DNA of 43,092 bases from Paraglomus brasilianum (Eukaryota). Made by a program: the position numbers and the translations under genes. The number at the start of each line of letters is the position of its first letter. Position 1 is the stretch's first letter. Positions 35,143-43,092 of this stretch are shown piece by piece. The stretch is taken from the NCBI GenBank assembly GCA_910592345.1, contig CAJVPI010000200.1:1-43092 (forward strand), read 5' to 3'. The notes under the pieces are model-generated. The model saw nothing but the letters and a program-made list of their open reading frames with translations, searched no databases and was not told where the DNA came from.

Positions 35143-36156
35143 TCATAAAAAATCATAGTCATCGAGCTAAAAAAAAAAAGATAGCAATCAGAAATTTTCT
35201 CTTTCTAGCATGACGGTTTTGATGAAAAATAAGGTGTCTTGACTTACTTGATCGTTGTACGTCATAATCTTGCGCTTTATCTTCGAAGTGTCAACCCACG
35301 TTATAAAATCCTCGAGATTTCTAATAATAAAGAAAAATTCAGAAGTATAAGTATCTTAATATACATAGGACGTACACGAGCAAGAGCTTAAACTAGAGGT
35401 GCTCTCTCGTGCAATATAACGAGAGTGTATTGCAATATTCTCCAGTATCTCCATGTACCATAAGGTTTCTCTCCATAAAGTCTCCTTGATCTTACCTCGT
35501 AACCAAATATGCCGGATCAGTGATAGTCTCGGGACCAACTCTCACATGCCCTTGTTCGACAAAAGTTATGGCTTCTTTTACAGTTTCGGCCATTTTTAAA
35601 CGACACATCACTATTGGTAGTCGACGTCTAAATGCCATAAGTATTACATGTAAGCGTATAATTTCAAGATTCGAACATTGTAGCATATCTTTATCCAAAC
35701 CACATCGTACGTATTCTTATACATAACGCTCCTCCTGATTTATTTTTTTTCTTACCTACAAAAGGCCGAAACTGTAATCCCATCTACAGCAGAAAATTGT
35801 GATTTGGCTGTAATTAAGCCCATCTGATACAGCTTCTCTAATAAGGCTTCTTCCTTTTTCGCTCTGAAAGGATCGCGCGGATTGAGTAATGAAATCCGGT
35901 TTGCAAGCTTTTTTATGGCACCACAGAGCTTGTTGTACTTGTAATAGTCTTCGCGATTCTGGACGTGATAACGGCGAAGAACTTTAATTTCGCGGAGATT
36001 GTTTTCATTTTTCCACTAGGTGTATAACAAGGGTTAGCAAACGCAGAATCGACCACACAGTAGACCGAGACCGACAGGATCATACAATTTACTTACATGT
36101 ATAAAGTCTACTTTCTTAAGCAGTTTTTGTTCATGGTACTTTAGCTTTCGAACCAT
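35143..36156 (-). CDS. IMP3: U3 snoRNP protein Imp3, 5 exons
   Basis: [18 protein letters not shown]...[19 protein letters not shown]...DPFR...[21 protein letters not shown]...[39 protein letters not shown]...LDDYDFL*. Confidence 0.97.
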
Positions 36157-37099
36157 CTTCTATGTTCAAAGTGTGTTTAAAAAAAGCTCGGGAATCGACA
36201 AAACTTTTCATTACTTGTTGCAGGTACTGTATACCAATATTAGAAATATTTGATGGAGATCACTAAAATATTGTCTGCGTAAAATTGAAGCACATCAGCA
36301 CATCCCTCCCTTCCTGCTTTCTTGCCACTACACGCATTATTACGATTTTTGTAAACCGACCTGGTTGAAATAGAAAATACCATTGAGATTATCAACCAGC
36401 TTTGGTGCTTTTTAACATAACCTCTGCAGTTAATTGAATCTATCACTAGAAACCGGGAACATTGGCATTACGACGTCGAATCTTATGGTGCTTCCTCAAA
36501 TAATACGCTCTAAATTGGTGGATTACTTATACTTTTAGAGTAAACTGTAATCTTGATTATCTAAATTTCGAATTTGAAATCTGAGTTTGCCGTCTAGCGA
36601 AACGCCTCATACTTGATAACTTTTAAATCTAAGCATTCCGATGGCATTCTTCGCATAAGATACCAATTTATTGACTAAGATATTAATATACGTGTCATCC
36701 TATCAATCATGAATACGCATTGTCATTATCGACCCCGCCATCAGCTAGTTTCTAGGGCAAATACCCAAGGCCCACTTTTTCTAATAGTTTGATTATTATT
36801 TCTCGAACTTGGTCGGGATTTGTTTTTATGTTATTTACCATATTTGATTTAATTCTTGTATTTTTTTATTTATTTATTTAGTGTTTGAAAAATAAAGAAA
36901 TTAAACAATTGGCAATTATAAAGGATGTGCGTTCATGAACACGCATCGCCTAACAAAATCGGGTCATGTGAAAGGATGTACCCACTACCAACGTAAGATT
37001 ATCACAATACAATTTGTCCACGTGACGCACACGCAGTTGAGGAAAATTGAATATAATAATAATAATTAACTACGTCGCTCTGAATTGACACAACACATA

Positions 37100-38819
37100 A
37101 TGGAGGAGACACAGGGAAAGAAAAATCGTAACATAGAAACGGTTGTTGAAACGCCCAATAATTTAGACTTGGAGTCTTACATAGCAAACTACAAAGGCAA
37201 GACATTAGAACTTTTCATACGATTGCAATGATACATTCTGACCGTTTACATTTCTCTTAGGACATACAAAGGTCGATCGTCTTCTCTTCATAGGAAAGCG
37301 GTGCCCCTCTCTTCAAATAGATGCCTATAAACTAGCCTTGGCCGAATTGCACAGAAACTCACTAGATCATAATAAATACCTCACTACAGCCGCTAATTTA
37401 AATGAAATACTTAGTTCGCAAGGAAAACCTCTATATCAACTCGACTCTAGATGGGTAGATACAGCACAGAAACGAGCCAAAGCAATTCTAGAGAGATTGG
37501 AAGGAGAGTTGAAGAACTACAAGAATAATTTAATAAAAGAGAGTATAAGGGTACTGTGGATCATTCCTTTTGGATCTTATTGATATTTGACAATTAGTTC
37601 TTCCCTGCTTACTCCTCTCTCTCTTCTCTTACGTATAGATGGGACATAAAGACTTGGGTGATCATCAATACGAATGTGGCAATTTGACGGGTGCATTGAA
37701 ATGCTATTCTCGAACGCGCGATTACTGCACATCAACCGATCATATCATAGACATGTGTTTGAATGTCATCAAAGTCTCTATAGAACTGGGCAATTACTCG
37801 CATGTACACAGCTATGTGATCAAAGCGGAAACGACCCCGGATCTAAAAACAGTCGTGCAAGCAAAGCTAAAAGTAGCGGCTGCATTGGCAAATCTCGACG
37901 GTAACAAGTACAAAGTCGCGGCTCGAAATTTCCTAGAGACTAGTTTTGAACTTGGAAATAATTATTCAGAGGTCATTATTTACCAAAACACTTTATGATT
38001 TGACTCGCATTGTATAATTCTCAATTTATTTTTGTTTATTTTGCTTGCTATATTTTTTTTATTGAAGGTTATTGCACCAAACGATGTAGCAGTATATGGA
38101 GGCTTGTGTGCGCTTGCTTCGTTTGATCGAACGGAGCTCAAGAGCAAAGTCATTGATAATAACGAATTCAAGCAATTTCTTGAACTCGAGCCTCACATTC
38201 GCGAACTAATTCATGGATTTTATAATTCAAAGTACTCGGCAGTACTTGACATTATGGAAAAGTGGAAGGTAAACATTATATTGTCTTGATAAAGTTATTC
38301 GAAAGCACTTTTCTCATAGTTTATTGCTTATTATGTTCATTATTTTCTTTCTCTCTATAGAACGATTATCTTCTAGACATACATTTACACAACCATGTAC
38401 AGACGCTGTACGATAATATTCGTAAGAAAGCCCTAGTACAGTATTTTAGCCCTTTCCTGACAGTGGATATGAACAAGATGGCCCGGTCTTTTTCAACAAA
38501 TGTCCCAGCGTTAGAAAAAGAGCTTGCAAAATTGATCACTACTGGTCACATTCAAGCAAGGATTGACAGTCACAACAAGGTATTTTTTTCGCGCGCGCGT
38601 TGTATGCTGTCGCTAATGAATAATCCAAGTGGCAATGAGCGAGATAACCAAACCCGCTCCATTTTTCAGATTTTATGTGCGAAGCAGCAAGATCAACGCA
38701 GCAACATATTCATAAAGTCTCTTCGTATGGGCAACGAGTATGAGAGTAATACCAATGCGATGCTCTTGCGGATGAACCTCCTGAAGTCTAACCTTGTCGT
38801 TACAAGGGAATCAAGGTAA
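37100..38819 (+). CDS. CSN1: COP9 signalosome subunit 1 (PCI domain), multi-exon; 3' end may extend slightly further
   Basis: [22 protein letters not shown]...[24 protein letters not shown]...[12 protein letters not shown]...[19 protein letters not shown]...FLELEP...[10 protein letters not shown]. Confidence 0.95.
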
Positions 38820-39071
38820 TTATACGGTCCGAATTAATTTCTCAATCGTCAGCTGCATTGAGTGCTGTTGGTCATTTATATCACACTCACCGAATCGTAA
38901 TCACTACCAATATGCAGAATACCGGAAGATAAAATTGGCCTAACGAGAATCCTTTAATGTTTATACATTACTTCCATAAGTACATATGTGATTACATCCT
39001 ATTATTCTAAATTGTATTTCTTACTAAATACTTATAGATAAAGTGTTGCACGTGAAAGTGCTCAAATGCTA

Positions 39072-39677
39072 TTATACATTCAGCTCGTGAAGAGCTTTGT
39101 TTGCGCCTGCAATTATCAGACGATGTTCTACGGAATGTATGCGTGCTTCTAAATCGTCTAGCGTGTCTGTCTCTAATATAGCAACTTCTTCGACCATAAT
39201 CGGCTCACCTCTGTCGACTTCTGGGATAACCTTATGAACCATCACTCCAGTATTTTGTATCTCCCCTCGTTTGTATGCCTCGTACGCACGTCTAATTGCA
39301 TCTGTTCCATCAAATTGTCCCGGGAGAGCAGGGTGCAAATTAATAACGGTTTTTTGCGCGAAATGTTCCAGGAATTGATTAGAAAGTATCAGCATCCATC
39401 CTGCGAGAACTACCAGGTCTGGTTCGTAAGCTTTTATTTTTGTAGCCAAGTCGATATCATATTCTATTCGCGATTTCCCCGCATCTCTGTATGCTTGTAG
39501 CGGAAACACTAAAGTAGGGATGTTTGCCGCTTCTGCACGCTTTAAACCATATGCAGTGGCCTTACTCGAAACAACCAGACTTATGGTTGCTTTTAGAGTT
39601 CCGTTGTTAACGGCATCGATTAGAGCCTGAAGATTGGAACCGAAACCTGATATCAGCACAACAATTCGCGGCGACAT
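39072..39677 (-). CDS. ADE8: phosphoribosylglycinamide formyltransferase (PurN), intronless
   Basis: RIVVLISGFGSNLQALI, DLVVLAGWM, INLHPALPGQFDG, TGVMVH.VIPEVDRG, IHSVEH. Confidence 0.95.
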   Translation of the reverse strand: MSPRIVVLISGFGSNLQALIDAVNNGTLKATISLVVSSKATAYGLKRAEAANIPTLVFPLQAYRDAGKSRIEYDIDLATKIKAYEPDLVVLAGWMLILSNQFLEHFAQKTVINLHPALPGQFDGTDAIRRAYEAYKRGEIQNTGVMVHKVIPEVDRGEPIMVEEVAILETDTLDDLEARIHSVEHRLIIAGANKALHELNV

Positions 39678-40605
39678 CGTATCAGCGCGCAAGTTTTCTT
39701 GGGTCACCTAATTTAAGCACTCAATGGTCACGTGATAAAGTTTCGAGTGATCATTACCAAAAGTGATTTTCACACAAAAATAATTCTTGTGATCTAAAAA
39801 ATTCCAGAAATGATATACTGTAAATCGCGACAATAATTACAGCGACTTTTTATTTTTGGGCCCAACGCAATACTTTCAAATTCTATAGTGTGCTAAAAAT
39901 CCATTGACGATGATAATGTAACCCGTCGCCTACGATGATCAGAAGCAATCGTTACATGAAAATTATCGGCAGCTCTTGTTTATGACATATTTATTCCAAT
40001 AAAAAGAGTAAAGTATATCTTACATGCCATGGCTGATTATAATAAAATGGTTCTATTAATCAAACAAAGCGCTGCTCAAAAGGCAAAATTAAATCTTGGG
40101 TTAGAAGAGTATAAGTACACCAACTTCAGTAGTCAAATACAAGTGGGTCTCGATATAATGACACGCTCGGTTCCAATCCAAATGGTCATTACTACGTATA
40201 TCGAGAATTAACTTACAGACGACAACTAAGCAATATAAAATTTTTGTTTTAAGATTTCTGTCGTTATAACAAGATGTCGTTATACACAGTGTTGTTATAT
40301 CGAAACTCACTTGTATCGCATATTTTCGTTAAACGATTACTCGCCCGTTTTGTTACTTAATATGGTTAAAACACAATATATAATCTCAATAGCGTCTTTT
40401 GTTTAGAATGTATGTTAAAGTACAATTAATAATAACCCCCTGCCCCCTCCCACAATACAAGTTTTGTAATGAGCAGATTTATGTATTGTTTGATATCGAA
40501 TTTACGTATTGTCTTCAACGCCCGAGATAATAATACGTCGATTGATATTAAAACCTCGGCTCTCAGCAATGTCCAAGTCATTTTTTATTATTTGCACGCA
40601 AAAAT

Positions 40606-42168
40606 ATGGACGGTTTCAAGCACTACTGTCAAATTTTTATTGAAGGCCTTGCTAAGCGTGCCTATATAGTACAAATTAATTCTCACAGATTATGGGACGA
40701 ATGCAAAAACATAATCAAACAACTTCACATTTCACTCACAGAGCGTATCAGTCCAAGTAAACAGTTTGCCGAAAGCGTCAATAAAGACCAAGTTTTTCAT
40801 GCTCAACCCATGAATCAAAACCAGGTATCGTACATGGAAGACATTATCAACTTTATTGACAGATTAAGTGTTGACGTTCAACTGGAGAAGAGACTTGATG
40901 AGATACAGCTTTTTAAAATGAATCTTGTGAGAGATGACAAAGACCCATTAACTCTATGCGTAATAGATTTTTGGAAAGTTTTTACCAAGACGTTCGCCAA
41001 CCCTCTATCATGCGCACACGCGACTGCGAGAGTTGCCAAAGTGTTGACTAAACATTATGCCCTGCTGAGAGAAATGAATCAACCACCATTCGGAAAGAGG
41101 CTTCATTATATAATAATTTCCGAACATTTATCTGGCATTCACCTATCATTACAGACAATTTATAAAAAAGTCTTCCAAGAAGACAAAATCGTACCAAACT
41201 TGTGGGACAATAGCAGTACGGTCGCGTTAAAGATAAAACAGCTTAAAAAAGACATAGACAAGATGGTATTACGCCTTAGTGCAACTCGGGAATACATAAT
41301 TGCAAGGAACCCAAACGAGAGCATTTATCTCCTTCCTGTTGAGATTTCCCTGAAATTGCAAGACGACTTTTCACACTTTAAGCAACTCATATTTGACGTT
41401 TTAGATGTTGTTATTAAGAGACTAGAAAGCATCAAAGTAAGATCCTTGGACGTTACAGATAAATTGCAAGCCTTTTGGAAAATGCTTAATGATGAACCTT
41501 CCTACTATCAGTTAGTTCACGGGCTATTCAAACTGCTATTATATCTTAATGAACAAAGACTTGAAGATAGTAAAAGTGTCCAACAATTTATACCCGAGTA
41601 TTTTATAGAGGACACCCCATTCGACGGTGTGAAAAATATTTTAGAGTGTTTGTTAAAGATTCAAGGAAGGTTGATTAAAAGCCTTGATCTGCTTCAGGAT
41701 AAGGTAAGCTCAAAACTTACATCACGTCATCTAGAAAAAGCATTTATGAGCTAATAATTTGATTTTATATTTTAGCACTGCGTACCTAAATTGGTTGGAG
41801 AAATTGACTCCTGCAAAGTATATACAGCTGACACAAGCCGTTCGTTAACCAACGTTGATAACGAAGAGAAAGCTGAGAGGATAAACCAATCATTCTACTA
41901 TCGACGCACGGAATTATTTTCTCCGCAAACACATGAATTGCCTCAAGAATGTCTGTCGCTCGATGAGCAATTTATCGAAATCATTGACCATATAGACGAG
42001 TTGCTAAATGGCCAAAGTGAGGTTTCTTTACAATCAAGTGACATAGAGTGTTTGAGTTATATTAAACGCGAATGTGAGAATGAATTATTGAGAGCGCAAT
42101 TGAAAGCAGAATACCTTACTGACCAATCAATATTTCTTATCACTGCAATAACCAACAGAGGGCAGTAA
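40606..42168 (+). CDS. hypothetical alpha-helical protein, ~496 aa (exons 40606-41703 and 41776-42168)
   Basis: Two long ORFs joined by an in-phase AAG|GTAAGC...TTTAG intron; no recognised domain. Confidence 0.6.
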
Positions 42169-42581
42169 AAGAAGACTTTATTGAATGGCTTATAAGCACT
42201 GATAATATGTTCTTCATTTCACTCTCATAATACATACACATATATATATTAGGTACTGTTATAACTGTAACTCGTATGAAATAAAGTCTTATCACAATCG
42301 AAACGTTCGTGGCTAATCCAATAATGCACTTCTCTTGCCGTTGGATTATATCACACATAATAATTGGGTTAGAACGTCAAGAAAAAGGATCATAGCAGTG
42401 TATTTTTCTCTTGCAAATTCTTCTAGTGATAGTTAAGAGTCTCCTGATGGAACAAGTTCTGAAGATAATGAACTGAAGCTGGGAGTTGACATAATTGAAT
42501 ACGTGTGTCTGATGGTTTTTATTACCTAAATTAGATACCCAAACCAAATTTGGAAAGAGAAAAGTTAAATGTTACCCACGG

Positions 42582-43092
42582 ATGACTAGAAAACTTCTTA
42601 TTCAAACGATGTCATTAGTTCAAGGGGTTAATAATCCAGTAATTGACAACTTGGTTCAATCCTCCTTGGAAAGCGAAGATGAAGACTTAAGACTTGAATG
42701 GATTCATTACGAGGAAATCACCAACATAGAGCCAACTCAAATTGACAACGTCTACAACGCTAATCGCCAATACACACTAGACGATGGTGAAAGCATGATA
42801 ATGCTGTTATGCCTTGGAAACAACGAAGAATGTATAACAATACTTGTGAGTGAGTTTGCCAGAATATACTCACTTCCGACACACAAGCACGATAGTAATA
42901 GCAACAACTTCAAAAGATATTCCACATGGCTTAAAAAGCGCAACAAACTCATAAAGGGTTTTACCAAGTCTAATGACACGTATTACATGGTTGCTGATAA
43001 ATGCTTTTACGATTATTATTCTCGATATGGATTCTGCTCCGCATGTGGAATACTCCGATGTAGTCCCGTGTGGTGCATTTGTGGACATAAAC
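42582..43092 (+). CDS. N-terminal part of an expanded-family TKL/kinase-like protein; runs off the window end
   Basis: Open frame not in the ORF track (no stop in the window): NNPVIDNLVQSS...LEWIHYEEITNI...YYMVAD...YGFCSACGILRCSPVWCICGHK, resembling the ID..IQ...EWIPY linker and Cys-rich module preceding Glomeromycotina/Endogonales kinases. No catalytic domain is visible here. Confidence 0.6.
   Translation, partial: MTRKLLIQTMSLVQGVNNPVIDNLVQSSLESEDEDLRLEWIHYEEITNIEPTQIDNVYNANRQYTLDDGESMIMLLCLGNNEECITILVSEFARIYSLPTHKHDSNSNNFKRYSTWLKKRNKLIKGFTKSNDTYYMVADKCFYDYYSRYGFCSACGILRCSPVWCICGHK

Noticed and set aside
39072..39677. Bacterial HGT origin of the intronless PurN
   Set aside because: Motifs (HPALPGQFDG, GVMVH.VI.EVDRG) are typical of fungal Ade8; lack of introns alone is not evidence.
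1..43092. U12-type (minor) introns
   Set aside because: No RTATCCTT donor was seen at any reconstructed junction.

Overview
Intron-rich, AT-rich fungal nuclear DNA. The gene content (Crinkler-type genes, an N-terminally extended TKL-like kinase, short GT-AG introns) points to Mucoromycota, either Glomeromycotina or Endogonales; this is inference. Housekeeping genes rebuilt by hand from splice signals: aldo-keto reductase, MRPL3/mL44, a small R2R3-Myb missed by the ORF track, an intronless syntaxin, MAK16, SEC12, EBP2, a 16-exon short/branched-chain acyl-CoA dehydrogenase, SOD-like mitoribosomal RSM26/mS42, IMP3, CSN1 and ADE8/PurN. Accessory DNA is interleaved: Tc1 and pogo transposase relics, an intact 173-bp MITE, a Crinkler-like NTPase+REase gene with a 12-nt microexon and a homopolymer frameshift, and a patch of compact virus-like ORFs. 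An island at about 21-27.5 kb carries a Crinkler ubiquitin-like domain relic, a divergently oriented and apparently inactivated REase-fold gene, and a tyrosine recombinase/protelomerase-like fragment flanked by short repeats. No database searches were possible; family calls rest on recognised motifs.
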